Below, piece after piece: positions 45,421-59,861 of a stretch of DNA of 64,000 bases (positions are counted from its first letter, which is position 1; every line of letters begins with the position of its first letter). The DNA lies in the NCBI RefSeq assembly GCF_009914755.1, contig NC_060947.1; one strand, 5' to 3'. The notes beneath the pieces are model-generated. The model saw only the letters and a list, made by a program, of their open reading frames with translations. It did no database searches and was not told where the DNA came from. The DNA comes from the human T2T-CHM13v2.0 reference genome, Homo sapiens. Made by a program: the position numbers and the translations under genes.

Positions 45421-47819
45421 GCCTATTATCTAATTTTACTGTTTTTTGTGCTTTATTCATGTGACATAATATGTACATAATGGCATATGCATCACACATA
45501 TGTATAACAACACATACATTTTGAGAATACATATAGACATATATACACATATATGTACATATAGTCTTAAATATTACATATAAGATATATATGATATATC
45601 CTATATATAGGTTTTCTAGATATCATATATGTTATATATATATATAATTTCATTGGGAATGAGTATCTTAATGAGATGGATGGAGTAGGCTTATGCCAGG
45701 GGTCTTTGAATCAAAGGATGTTTGCTAACATCAATATTCAGATATTCAAATTCTCCCTTTGATGCCTGTAGATTTTAAAGTCTGAGTCTAATCCACCATT
45801 ATAACATTAAGGATGTGCTAGAAGTAGAGTTCTCTTTTGTAAAGTGGGAAGAGGAGGATTATGAAAAAGGAAGGCAAAAAAGTGTAACCTATAAGCCATT
45901 CTCCAGCAGATGAGTCTAGCACTTATGGAAGTCTGAAGACTCGGAAATGGAGTTTCTGAAGCCACCTGGTCTCACAACATCTTGGAAAGACTTTGTGCAT
46001 TCCCAAGTTCCCATGAATGTAAGGAACACGTTTGAAGACTGCTGCTTGCCATACGAGATCTCACACCCTAGGCAAGCATGGAAGTGTCGAAGGTCCAGTG
46101 ACCACTAATAATATCAAACACTGACATAGAAATCTCAAATGGCCTCTTGGCGACTCACCTCTGGCAATGAATGAGGTCTTCATCCTGAAATTTGGGGTTC
46201 CCTCTTGCATTTTATCTAGTCAAGTAAACAACTTATTGGGCTGTTTCTCCATAAGAGAGAACACACATGTAAGAACCAAAAAGGAGAAGAGTGAGGCTGG
46301 AGCATCCATTCTCCAAAGTTTACTTTTGTCTTCCAAAATTTTGGACAAAAAGGCAGCTATGAATTTGATGGACATAGGGGAGAACACCTGCCTCCAAGAT
46401 GGCTGTGCTAGTCACACTGCTTAGAGGAGGAGCCCTTCATTGGGTGTTAGGAAAAGAACCCAATCAGATAAATACCACTAACATGGAGAAAGTGCTTTGT
46501 TTTGAAGCTCAGAATGTCATTAATATTAATGGAGTTGCTTGAGTGTTGGGATTCTCTGTGAGGCCTGGAGTGTCTCCCAGCCTGGAAGGATAGGGACTTT
46601 GAGGGATTTGCACCTAAGAAGTAAGCAGAGTTCTCTTCTCCCTCCTTTCCCCTGGTATCCTTGCAATAAGCTCTTGTTACATAGGTTGCTTCAAAACCTT
46701 AAAGAAACCGACCATTGCCTTCACAAAAGAGATACTTTTCTTCCCCTACAATTTCTTCTGGGTGTTATACCCGGAAACTTTATGGATGAAAGAAATCCAC
46801 CTTCTGTGTGGGCAGCTCTACCATCCCTCACCTGACCACAACCCTCATAGAAGTCAGAGTCATGGGCTTTACATTGAGAAAATTGTATCTACCCCTCTTT
46901 AATTCTGTCTCAGGATGCCAGCAGTGAACAGAAAGTTTGAGGTCCACCATCAAGGAGACAAGGAAGGCTGTTCTCCCAAGGGCATGGTTTTTCCCACCAC
47001 ATCACAACCTATTCATCATCTACATATTACGCAACTTCCCATCTGCCCAGAGCTTGCATCTTTATTGCACAATGGGACTCTCTGTGAGACCTCTCTGCAA
47101 ATGGGCATAATTATATGCTCACACCCATAACTTTACAGTGGCGATTTTATGAGTTAAAAATGTAAATATTGATGTTTGCAGGTGTAACATTGACATATTG
47201 AACTTACTCTTAACCCTTGACATTCATCAGGGCTTATGGTCATTAAAAATGGAGACTGAAGTCAGACTCCCTGGATTCCTATCCCATCTCGGCAACATCC
47301 AAGTTCTTTAAACTTGTGCAAAGTTCTAAATGCTCTGAGCTTGATTTTCCCCTTCAATAAATTGCAGATACTGATAGCAGCAAAATTATAGTACTTTTGT
47401 GACTGATTGACTGAGTTCAAGCAGGTCAAATAAGTGAAATAATGCACACACTGCTGGGTACACAGGATGCAATGAGTACACCTCAGCTATTATGATCAGA
47501 TCCTCCACTACTTTCCCCACACATGCACCACCTAACTCCCAGCCTCTCGTTCAATGTTAGGTCTGTAAACTACACATATAGCAATCCTTTTCTTTCTTCT
47601 CTTCCTTTTGATTTTGGGAACAAATCTTGCGAAGTCATTTTAACTCCCAAACTGTCTGGTGTAGAATCTTTTGCTCATATGTTTGAAGTCAAATCTGAGG
47701 GAAAAACAGTTGATGACTTTATTTTTTAATTTTTTTGGAGCTCAGCTCCACAAACTGCATCAAAATGCATGCAGCCACAGGAAAGAACTTATTTGCCCAT
47801 CATGGAAACATTATAGCTT

Positions 47820-48450
47820 TGTTTAGATTCTATGTATAAATGAGATCATGCAGTGCTTTTCTTTCTGTGTCTGGTTTATTTCACTTAGTATAGTGTCCTC
47901 CAAGCGCATACATGTTGTCCCAAATGACAAGATCGCCTTCATTTTTAAGGCTGAATAATATTCACATTTATACACATATACCACAGTTATCACAATTTCC
48001 CTATCATTCATTCATCAATGGACACTTAGGTTGGTTCCATATATTGGCTATTTTGAATAATCCTGAAATGAACATGGTAAGGCAGATATCTCTTCAAGGT
48101 ACTGATTTCATTTCCTAGAATAGTGGTTCCCAGAGGTCTGGGGTGGGGAAAATGAAAAGATGTTGGTCAAAGTATACAAGCCTTCAGTTATAAGATGAAT
48201 AAGTTCTGGAGACCTAATGCATAGCACAGTGATTATAATTAATAATAAGTATTATATACATGAAATATGCTGAGAGAGTAGATCTTCAATGTTTGCACCA
48301 CACACACACCCAGAGTAACTATATGAGGTGATAGGTGCATTGATGAGGTTGGTTATGGTAATCATTTCAGAATGTGTATCAGAACATCGCGTTGTAGATC
48401 TTGAATATATACAACATTTATTTGTCAGTTATACCTCATTAAGTTGAAAA
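47820..48450 (+). mobile_element. Ancient L1M 3' end with 5' inversion (47820-48116 inverted)
   Basis: Minus [23 protein letters not shown] ends at GAATCTAAA; the plus segment resumes at TAGAATAGTGGTTCCCAGAGG, the next part of the L1 3'UTR. Confidence 0.75.
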
Positions 48451-50079
48451 ATGCTATCACCAAACACAGGATATCTATAATTTAACTCTACAAAGGAAAA
48501 AATAATATTTTTAATTAACTGTGCTATGAAAATGTAAAATACAAAATACATGCCAACACATTGATATGATTTGTCTCCTGCAGAAGGCATGAGAGTGACA
48601 TTCACATGCACCACATGAGGGGTAGCAGACAACAAGGAAGCCTGGCGCCTCTAAGCCTGGGACACCAGAACCAACTTGCAGGAACTTACACTGTGGGCAG
48701 ATGACTCTGCATCTCTTTGCTTCTTGCACTGGAGAATGGGAATTCCCTGCCTAGCTAGTTTGACTGCTGGCCCTACCACAGCGTCTCAACCAGGGAGGTG
48801 ACTGTATTCTCACTCCCTGTTTATAATGCCCTGTCCTGCAACTTAAACCTCAGAGCACTTTGAGCAAACTTTAACTCTGGAAGACATCCTCTCCTTTTCA
48901 GGATTGGGTGGTGATTGCTTTCATTTAATCTCATTTCTGAAGCATTCTGATGTCCAGAAATTACTCCTAATTAATAAGCCATTTTATTTTCAGTCCCAAT
49001 TATGACATATCTATATCTAACACACACAGACACACATATGCACAAACCCAGTCCATCATCTCCATCCAATTTTTTGATTAATCTTCCCTTATACACAGTG
49101 CGGACTGCTGGGGTTTCTGAAATGAGTACCTGGGAATACACGGGACAAGAGCTGCTAATGGGAGCTGAAAGGGTAGGAAGCTCTAATAATCAGAACTGAG
49201 GGAGCAACACGTGGATTTCCAATCAGAGAGGTGGAGTTTGGAATCAATCATGTCTCCTTTGGCTGTATTCTATCTTCCACAGTATTAGACTCTTTCATAC
49301 CTGTGGCAACAGCCTCCCTTCTCCAGCACTTCATGTAACACCTGCATTCCCTTCGGTCTTAATCACTTCATATTTTCCTAGTTATGAGACCCTGACTTGG
49401 GAGGACTGGGGCAGAGGGGCTTTATCAAATATCATTTCTATGAATGTCCCCTTCCCCACTGGGGTTCTAACTTATAAATTCATGGAGTCCTGTTCATACA
49501 CCCACCAGAAGAACTGTATTGGTGGGCCACTGTTTTTTATGTGGAAGCTCCTTATCCTTCAAATGTGTTGGGGGCAGAAAACATAAGAAGAAGCATTAGT
49601 CTCATAAACATTAAACAATTATTTAATTGTCTACTCACTAATACTAGTCACAGGGAAGGGCAAGAACAATATATTTGGTGGCGAGACACATAGAAAAGGT
49701 ATATGCAGGTACAACTGAAGAAGTTTTTTTCCCATTGGGTTGGTGGATGTATGTTACAAAAACGCTTACATCATCAAAGAGGCAATAAGGCCTCTGATGA
49801 TAAGGGGCAAATATGTGCCAGTTGGTGGTGAGAGTTTGAACAAAATAACATGTTTACCTCCTGCCATCTCCCTTTTCACAAGACAGGGCCACAGCAATGT
49901 GTGGGATGTGGGTTTTAAGTGTTCAGTCATAGAAAGCACTCATAAGTAATTTTTGGGTGGGTGGATGAGCTGATTGACGACCGTGTTATTTGGAAAGAAG
50001 GCCAGCCATTCTATCTAGAAGCCCCAGGAGGGAGTGGCCCATGTACAGACCTATGGCAGTTGTGATGCTAGCGAATCTT

Positions 50080-50557
50080 GGAATACATGGATAAAGAAAA
50101 TGTGATGTATATCTACACAATGGTATGCTATTAATCCTTCAGAAATGAGGACGTTCTGTCAACTTCAGACAACATGGATAAAATAGGAGGACATTATGCT
50201 ATGTGACATAAGCTAAACACATAAAGACAAATACTCCATGTTCTCACTTATATGTATAATCTAAAACAGTTGAACTCATAGAAGCAGAAAGTAGAATGGT
50301 AGTTACCAAAGGCTGGTGGGTTGGAGAAATAGGGCCACAATAGTCAAAGGGTACAAAGCCTCAATTAGACAGGAGGAATAAGCTTGATTTTAGATCAATT
50401 GCACAGTATGTCGAATATAACTAATGATTATGTCGAATATAACTAATGATTGCATTCTGTACTTTTTAATATCACTAAGAGTAAATTTCTAATTTTGTTT
50501 GAACAACAAAAATGTTAAATATTTGAGGTGATGGTTATATTAACTAGCTTAATGTAA
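50080..50557 (+). mobile_element. L1MA-type 3' end
   Basis: ATGGATAAAGAAAATGTGATG..GTTGAACTCATAGAAGCAGAAAGTAGAATGGTAGTTACC. Confidence 0.8.
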
Positions 50558-50930
50558 TGCAGAAAGGTAGAACCTGAAATCCAGAGAAATAAGTTATTTC
50601 AGTAGGTTGTTTTTTTATGTAGGACACCTGGAGAAGAAAAAGGCATGGCCAGCTCCTTTATTCAGATAGATCAGTCTGTGAAACTTCTTGCAGTTTTCCA
50701 ATCATAGTTGAGTTCAATTCAACTTGCACTAACACTCCACCAAAAGTCTCAGCCCTGCTTCGTGGCCCTGCTGTCATCTTCCCTCCTGGCCCTGAGTATT
50801 TCTTTGGTTTTTGTTCAGGATATGACATTCTGGACATTGGTAAGTGCCATTTGATTTGAGCTCTTATCTATTACTTATCAATATACACTCTCAGAAATGG
50901 CCCCTAGATTCCTGCATAATGATCAGAACT

Positions 50931-51032
50931 GTCTCTCTCTCTCTCTCTCATTAATGCTGCCTCTTTCTCTCACACACACACGCGCACACACACGCACTCA
51001 CACACACACGCACACTCACACACACATACACA
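50931..51032. repeat. (CT)n(CA)n microsatellite
   Basis: Directly visible. Confidence 0.9.
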
Positions 51033-51966
51033 ATGTAGTAATGGGCTTGTCAGGCCCTTTCTCTGGTTGGTTTCCCCAATATTTTTGTCCCTTCAGTCCC
51101 TGAGATTGGTTCCATTATTCAGCACAGGTGTTCAGGAGACAGAGACATGTGGTAGCCATGTTTTCAAACATGTCCAACATAGGTGAATGAATATACTTTA
51201 GGCTTCCAATATGGTATGTTCTCATATGCCAAGGATAGATGGAAATGAGGCCACTCTCCAGGGGACAGAACAAGTCTAGTGCGAGCTTTCTGCATAAGGA
51301 CCTTGCAGCCGTTCTGGGACACTGTTAAGCATAGAGATGGCCAACAGGATAATCTTCTCACAACACCACAGCTTGGTGTTTCCTGCTCTTTTGACAGACT
51401 TTCAGATGGAAACCAAATAACTTGATTGGAAAAATCTATTTCAAGAAAGAAGAGCCACCTCATATGGGCATTTTCTCCCATATAGGAAGAGCTGCCTTGG
51501 GACAAGGATGAAGAACTAGAAATTATCCCAGCAACCACACATCCTGCTAGTGACCCTATGGGTCAGAGCATCTTGCAAGAACCTACATGGAGGACTCCAG
51601 TGGGAGATTCTAGTGGTCTTACTTGGCTCCCACACAAAGAAGTATCTTGGTTGGGACTCCTATGCCTATCACAGATGGAGAGAGTCCAAGGCATGGGTTG
51701 CATTTTTATATATTTAGAACATTAGCCACATGCCCAAGATTTCCACAGAGTGGAAATTGACCATCTGTCTTTTCAGAAGGGAAACACAGACCAAGACAGT
51801 TTTGTGCCCAGTAATACTGGAACCTCAGGCTCCTTTGTATCAGACCCACAGGCTCTGCTTGTGAGCAACAGCTTTATTACAGGTCTTCTTGATCCTCATG
51901 CCCCAGTGGGCACCCAGCACAATCTTTATGAGAGAGAAATGGAGAGCTTCATTTTTACCATGGCAT

Positions 51967-52170
51967 ACATGACCTCGCAAATTAAGTATACTTGGTTTTG
52001 TTTTTAGCAAAATGAAGTCCCATGGGTCTCTAACATGGTCCAGACAAATCAGAAGGCAGGTAATTGGTAACATGACCTCGCAAATTAAGTATACTTGGTT
52101 TTGATTTTAGCAAAATGAAGTCCCATGGGTCTCTAACATGGTCCAGACAAATCAGAAGGCAGGTAATTGG
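51967..52170. repeat. Direct tandem duplication, 2 x 101 bp (period 103)
   Basis: 51967-52067 and 52070-52170 differ at one base; TA spacer. Confidence 0.93.
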
Positions 52171-53518
52171 GTGTTGAATAAATACTTACAGACAAATCAT
52201 ATGAAGGAATGGATGGAGACACGGTTTTACAACAGAGAGGGAGGTTTAACCAAGATATGAAGATTTGACATAAAAAAAACTGTACAACTTCAAACAAGGG
52301 TTTAGATGTTGTACTTCCTGTTCCAGGATGCATGTGAGTTGAGAAGCATCACTTAAGTGGATATATAGTACTTAAATCATTTGGGGATTTTGTAGTGTTT
52401 GGTATTGGCAGTGGGGAGAACTCCATGCTCCAGCATCCAGAAAGATGCATGAAAACATGGTTGTATATGACAGCTTTTCTTGACGAGGTAGGTCGTGGTG
52501 AAAACATGTCACAGAATCTCCAAAGTAGGTGACTGGGCTCAGAAGAGACAACAGAGGACCAGTTTTGAAATTAGGAGGAAGGTCCCTTCAGGGGATCCCT
52601 TGCCCTGCCTCACAGGATGATATTGGAGCTTTTAATAGGGTGTGCACTTTGGTTTAGTTCATGGCCTATAGACACTCTCCAAACATTTCTTGGATAGGTA
52701 TGTGGATGGAATCATAGTTTCATGCATCCATAGACAGAGAGATGGACAGACAAATGAATGGATGGATTGAGGCAAGATTATGCAGTGTCAGTGGTGTCAC
52801 ATTTATGGTATAAAAGTCTTTGTGCAATTTGCAAAATAAAGGGAAGCCTGATATCTTTCAGTTCATGTTTTGATGTAAGTGTTTCTGGAAGAAAGAGGGT
52901 AATGGGAAATACAGCTGAAGGGGTTCACTGGGGCCAGGAAAGCCTTGACCACCAAGTAAGATATAAAGTAGTGGGGCCCTTTTAGAACTGACCAAAAATA
53001 TGACCCAAAAGGCATCTGCATCAGGTTAATCTGGCAGCAAAGAAAGGAAAGACAAGAGGAGACAGAGAAAGAAAACCACCCCTAGAATATTATTGGATTA
53101 ATCTAAACGTGAGATGATTGTGATCTAAATTTGAGACCTGGAAGTAGTAACTGAAAAATTATAGGGAAGAGACATCCAAGGAACAATTGGAAGGTCAAGG
53201 AGGGCCTAGAATATCTAGGGACATGGTAGTGGGATGCATTGAGATATGAAGGAATGTAAGCACATTTTGGGTAGTCTTGATGAATTTTGATTTAGTTATA
53301 CTGATAATGAGTTGACAGAGAAACTTACTGGAGCAAATGTTCAGCATGGAGAAGGGAATGCATATCTGGAATTTAAGGCAGTGGTGAGGACAACAATAGA
53401 CATCTAGTAGTCATGTGCTTAGAAGTAATGTTTGAGGAAAGAGAATCCTGAGGCAGAGAGGATAGACTAAAATGAGTAGAGGCTTAAGTACTGAATTCAA
53501 GAAATATTTGATAGGGTG

Positions 53519-53850
53519 TGTGTCTTAGTTTGGCTGCCTGCTATAACAAAGTACCATAGGCTGGTGGCTTATAAACAATAGAAACATATTTCTCACAGTT
53601 CTGGAGGCTGTAAGTCTGAGATCAGGGTTCTATGAGGCCCCCCTTAGACTTGCAGACTGCTGGCTTCTTGCTGTACTCCTAGGTGGTGGATAGCTCTCTG
53701 ACTTCTTATAAGGGCTTTAATTTTGTTCATGAGGGCTCTACTCTCATGACCTAAGCACTTCCTAAAGGCCCCACCTCCTAATACCATCACATTGGGATCA
53801 GAGTTTCAATACATGAATTTTGAGGGGACACAAACATTCAGCCCATTGCA
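53519..53850 (-). mobile_element. MLT1A-like MaLR LTR
   Basis: CTGCTATAACAAAGTACCATAGGCTGGTGGCTTATAAACAA..GGGGACACAAACATTCAGCCCATTGCA. Confidence 0.8.
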
Positions 53851-55199
53851 GTGGGGGTGTGGCAAAGAGGAACAGCTTGGAAAGAATTCCATTGTGCACT
53901 CAAAGAGACAAGAGAAAAAGTAGTAAGGCAGAAGATCAGAGAAGGGAAGGGAAGGAGAAAGCTTCCAGGAGTGGTGGTGAATAGGGCTCCATGCTGTTGA
54001 GAACTGAAAGAAAAAAAACTGAGAAAAGGCATCTACCATATTTGTTAACTAGCATGTGAGATGACAAAATTAAGCTTGCTTCTCCATGGGAGTGAAGGAA
54101 GGTGCTATCAAGCTGTAGAAAATAAATAGTGGAATTTTATAGCACTGCTGGTCAGCTCTCATTCAATCATACTGACCTTCCACACTGAGAATTAGGAAAC
54201 TTAATGCAAAGTCATCACACAAAAATAGCTCCAAATTGCTCGCCAAAGATGCAGAGAAATGGCATTGCTTTTCTTTCTTCTGACATCATTCTTTGCCCTT
54301 CCATACAGCCATGAAACAAGTTCCATAGCATAGCTGGGCCACCAGATCAAGTTACAATCAGGAATTCTTGAAAACAATCTGAAACTGGATGGTTTCTTCT
54401 CATTATCTCCATACCTGTTGTGCTGCCAACTTTCACAGCCTGCTCTTTCTATGTTCTAGTTCATTATGATCCTTTCCTTTCCACTCGCATTCCATATGCT
54501 CATCCAGCAGGTGGCAGGAGCCATCCACTTTCAGGAGTGGGTGTAGCTTAAAGATTTCTGATGACAGTCACTCTTTAGCACAATAGTTCTGTGGTATGTG
54601 TCTTTTCTGACATACCAAGGTCTTTCTCCCATGACCTTCATCATACCCTACCCTACCATTGTCATCCAGCACATCCTTTTATTGGTCCTCTATAGGGGAG
54701 CAATTTTGAATGAAAGCAAGTTACTTCTCAAATGCTGAGCCATGTCTCTGACCAAGTTGCAGTTCAGGCCCTATCTTCTATCATGCTGATAGAAGAGAGT
54801 CCTCCTTGCTAAGTCATATCAGACTTACCGTTGGCCAGAAAAGCAGTCATTCAATTAATTCCCAACCAGCCCCATAATGAGTCTGGCCTGCCTTCAGACT
54901 TAGCTCCTTAAACATGGGACAGGAAAGGGTAAACTGAAGGGGAACGAAGGATCCAGAGCACTTTCTGTTTTTAGCTTACCTAGGGAAATTGTTAGATGAA
55001 GATAATTTCCTCCTATAGGCTTAGGTATCAAGACTCAGCTTTGTTCACTAGATTAATTGGTGGCCACCACTTTGAATCAACCTCTTTTCAACACTTTGCC
55101 AAAAGGCCTGCTTCCAGATCCATCCCTGTTGTGAGTTGCTCTGATCCATTCTGGAGGCCATCCTACGGGTGGGAGCCCTAACTCACCTTTCTTTTCTGG

Positions 55200-56520
55200 T
55201 TCATTCAATCGGTATTTATTGTGTGTTCTGGAAATATAGCAATGAACCAGACACATATGGATCCTTTTTCACAGAGGTTTTAGTCTGGAGGGGAGGCAGA
55301 TGTTTCACTCATAAATAAGTATCTATATCAATATTGGTGATTGCCATAAAACAAAATTATAATCTGCCTTAGAAACATATAACAGAGAGACATCACCAAG
55401 CCTAGATGGTCCGAGAAGGCTTTCCTGTGGAAGTGACATTTGAACTTCAACTTGAAGGATGAATAGGAGTTATACAGGTGAATAAGACAAGGGAGGAAAT
55501 TCCAGGCAAAAGGAAGGGCGTGTTTAAAGGCCTGAGTCAAGAAAGATGTTGGTATATTTGAGGATGTGAAAGAGTCAATGAGGTTGAGAATTGTGCATTG
55601 AGAGAAATAGTGACATGAGATGAGCCTGGAGAAATAGAGATTGAACTTGGCTATATCAAGCAAAGCTTTGTGGGCTAGAGTAAGGGTCTTGCACACTGTC
55701 CTAAAAGGAATGGGTAGCCTTCCCTAGTCATCCAGGCCCTTAGAGATCCCTCACTATATATGCCCAGACATCTTATTCTTGTATTTTGCAGCATCTATCA
55801 CAATTAAACAAATATTTTCACAGTTGTCCTTAATTACACAGTCCATTGTAGGGTTTGGAGAAGGAGAGTAACATAATAAAAACTACAATTTTAACTCAAA
55901 TTTTAATTTAAAAGTCAAAGTTTAATTTTACATTCATGTGATAGTGGATCACAGTGGGGCTGCAGTAGATGTTGGGAGGTCACAACAAAGCTCTCACCTT
56001 AATCCACGTGAGAAATGATCATGGATTGGATTATTGTTAGCAGTGAAGAAGATGAAGCTAACTGAACCACTTTTAGGTTTAGTTCTGAGGAGAGGATTTA
56101 GTGATGGCTGTGGAGGGTGTGGGAAAGAGGTGCCAGAGTTAATGAGGAAACTGTATAGTCAGAAGGATAAGATGATAAGATTACATGTGAAAATGTCAAG
56201 TTTGAGAGGACTGAGACCCTCAAATAGAGAAGAGGAACGGGCTAGGGGATTTTATGGGTCTGGAAGAGAGAGGTGAGAGCTCAGGCTTGGCAATACACAT
56301 TTGGATTCTCTCAGTATAGGAATATTACTTGGGGCCGTGAAACTGAATGACATCCCTGATGAGAAGAAAAGAGGACCAAGGACTGTGCCCTGGAGAACTC
56401 CAAAATTCAAAGATCAGATGGAGGATTTGGCTATATTGACTGAGAAGAAAAAGGAATTGGCAAGAGGAAAACAAATAGAATGGGATGACAAAGCCATGTA
56501 ATCATTTAGTGAGAGAGATG
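55200..56520. mobile_element. L2 fragments
   Basis: TTCATTCAATCGGTATTTATTG, GAAGGCTTTCCTGTGGAAGTGACATTTGAAC, GAGGACCAAGGACTGTGCCCTGG. Confidence 0.65.
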
Positions 56521-59500
56521 CAGTGAGCATAGTCTAATTCCAGGCTTCTTTTGCCCTTAAACTAGGATGCCACATTCCGATATCTGTTTCCTCAATACCC
56601 TTACTTATAACAATATGCCCCTCTCTCAAAAGCTGAATATTGACAAAGTTGTCATTGTGTTAGATAATAGAAGTGCCAGGGATCTTAAAAGAGTCTCTGT
56701 GTTACACAACTCCAGAAGGCACCGTTCACATAGAATGCAATGTGAATGGGGCTTCCTAGGGCCTTAAGGCCCAGTGCAGCTCCATTCTTGAGGTGTTGTT
56801 TGTCCTCAGCAAATTTGTTTACTCCAAGAGCTGTGTTCTGGAAAAATCAGTCTTAGAAATTAACCTGAATCTATACTCTTGAGCTGAAAGAGAATAGGGC
56901 TCACTTAGTTGTTTGGGAATAAGCCCACATCCATTACTATTGGCCTCTTTTTTCTCTACCAAAACCATTCTATCCTTCTCAGTGTGGAATGGGGGAATTC
57001 TGGCTGCTAGGAAAAAGATTGACTTGAGATATCCTTGAAAGAATTATCTGAGAATATTCCTCTCATACTCTTTCAGGTTCTGACGAAAGGACGCCAAGAC
57101 TCATTCTCCAGTAGCTCTATTCAAAGAGCTCCAGGTTTTATCTTTGCAGGTTCTTGACATCAGGGCCAGCAATTCTACTTCAAATAAACAGATCCAAATA
57201 AGCAGGTGAAGCATATCTTTCTTCCTCCAGTTTGAGAATCCTCAAGACCTGCCTTCTAATGCTACCTGGGCCAATACGACAAGGCAGGGTCTATTTGCCA
57301 ATAGTGGCCTCTCCACTAATGCTCAGCTGTTAGTCCTTGTGAGCAGAGCTTCCCTTCAACCCTAGATTTTAAGTTGAAGGTTAAACTGGATAACTTTCTG
57401 GCTTACTTTCCCTCTGATGACTCCTCCCAACCCAAGAAGGTCCTCACTATGCAGGTTAAAAACTCTGCCATTGACAGATTTATAGAGACTGGGACTGTGC
57501 AGGAAATGCTGCTCCAGAATCACTCCCTAGCATTCATCAAGCACATCTTGTACTGCAGGTGGGCAGAGCTGCAAAGCATTGAAGAGATTATGCAAGGATG
57601 ACAAGATGTCCACAACCATATTTAAGTACACATAGTTCTATCCATGGTCAGATGCTGTCAATCACTGGGGAAACAGTGTTCCCATCTGAAACGGTTTGGC
57701 TGTGTCCCCACCCAAATCTCATCTTGAATTGTAATCCTCATAATCCCCATGTTAAGGGAGGGACCCAGTGGGAGGTGATTTGATCATGGGAGTGGTCCCC
57801 CCATGATGTTCTCATAATAGTGAGTGGGTTCTCACGAGATCTGATGGTTTTATAAGTGTTTGACATTTCCTCCTTCACACACTCACACTCTCCTGTTGCC
57901 TTATGAAGAAGATGCCTGCTTCCTCTTCTGTCACGACTGTAAGTTCCATGAGGCCTACTCAGCCATGTGGAACTGTGAGTCAATTAAACCTCTTTCCTTT
58001 ATAAATTACCCAGTCTCAGGTACTTCTTTATAGCAGTGTGAGAATGGACTAAAAGAGGAATTGGTACTGCGGAGAGTGGGGCCCTGTTATCAAGATACCT
58101 GAAAATGTGGAAGCAACTTTGGAACTGCATAACAGGCAGAGGCTGGAACAGTTTGGAGGGCTCAGAGAGAAGACAGAAAGATGTGGGAAAGTTTGGAACT
58201 TCCTAGAGACTTGTTGAATGCTTTTGACCAAAATTCTCATAATGATTTGGACAATGAAGTCCAGGCTGAAGTAGTCTCAGATGGAGATGAGGAACTCAAT
58301 GGGAACTGGAGCAAAGGTCAATCTTGCTATGCTTTAGCAAAGAGGCTGGTGGCATGTTGCTCCTGCCCTAGAGATCTGTGGAACTTTGAACTTGAGAGAG
58401 TTGATATGAAATTGGAACTTATGTTTAAAAGGGAAGCAGAGCCTAAATGTTTGGAAAATTTGCAGCCTGACGATGTGATAGAAAATTAAAAACCATTTTC
58501 TGGGGAGAAATTCAAGCCAGCTGCAGAAGTTTGCATAAGTAATGAGGAACCAAATGTTAATTGCCAAGACAACGGGGAAAATGTCTCCAGGGCATTTCAG
58601 ACATCTTGGCAGCAGCACCTCCCATCACAGGCCTGAAGGCCTAGCAGGGAAAAATGGCTTCATGGGCCAGTCCCAGGGTCCCCCTGCTCTGTGCAGCCTC
58701 AGAACTTGGTGCCCTGTGTCCTAGCTACTCCAGCTCCAGTTGTGGCTACAAGGGGCCAAGGTACATCTCAGGCTGTTGCTTCAGAGGGTGCAAGCCCCAA
58801 GCCTTGGTGGCTTCCACATGGTGTTGGGCCTGCAGGTGCATGGAAGTCCAGAATTGTGGTTTGGGAACCTCCACCTAGATTTCAGAGGATGTATGGAAAT
58901 GCCTGGATGTCCAGGGAGAAGTTTGCTGCAGGGGTGAAGCCCTCATGGAGGACCTCTGCTGGGGCAGTGCGAAGGCTAAATGAGGGGCTGGAGCCCCCAC
59001 ACAGAGTCCCCACTGGGGCACTGACTAGTGGAGCTATGAGAAGAGAGTCACCATCTTCCAGACCCCACAATGGTAGATGTACTGACAGCTTGCATAGTAC
59101 ACCTGGAAAAGCCACAGACACTCAATGCCAGCTGTGAAAGCAGCCAGGGCAGGGGGCTGTATCCTGCAAAGCCACAGGGGCAGAGCTGCCCAAGGCCATG
59201 GGAGCCCATCCTTTGCATCGGTGTGCCCTGGATGTGAGACATGGAGTCAAGGGAGATTATTTTGGAACTTTAAGATTTAATGACTGCCTCACTGGATTTT
59301 AGACTTGCATGGGGCCTGTAGCCCCTTTGTTTTGGCCAATTTCTCCCACTCAGAATGGAAGTATTTATTCAATGCCTGTGCTCCCATTGTATCTTGGAAA
59401 TAACTAACTTGCTTTTAATTTTACAGGCTCCTAGGTGGAAGGGACTTGCCTTGTCTCAGATGAAACTTTGGACTTTTGGGTTAATGCTGAAATGAGTTAG

Positions 59501-59552
59501 GACTTTGGGGGACTGCTGGGAACAAAAGATTGTGTTTTGAAATGTGAGGACA

Positions 59553-59861
59553 GGAGTGGTGACTCACGCCTGTAATCCCAGCCAAGGCAGGCAGATCACT
59601 TGAGGTTAGGAGTTTGAGACCAGTCTGGCCAACATGGTAAAACCCTGTCTCTACTAAAAATACAAAAATGAGCCAGGTGTGGTGTTGGGTGCCTGTAGTC
59701 TCAGCTACTGAGGAGACTGAGGCAGGAGACTTGCTTTAACCCGGGAGGTGGAGGTTGCAGTGAGCCGAGATTGTGCCACTGCACTCCAGGCCGGGTGACA
59801 GAGTGAGACTGTCTCATAACAAGAAAAAAAAAAAAGAAAAAGAAAAAGAAAAAAAAAAAAA
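59553..59861 (+). mobile_element. AluS with small internal deletion, inside MST-int
   Basis: 14-bp TSD GAAATGTGAGGACA at 59539-59552 and 59862-59875. Confidence 0.9.

Noticed and set aside
50407-50450. Perfect 22-bp tandem duplication
   Set aside because: Simple slippage event within an L1MA remnant; no functional hint.
58181-59242. Cluster of 60-148 aa ORFs
   Set aside because: Remnants of the MaLR (MST) internal region with frameshifts.
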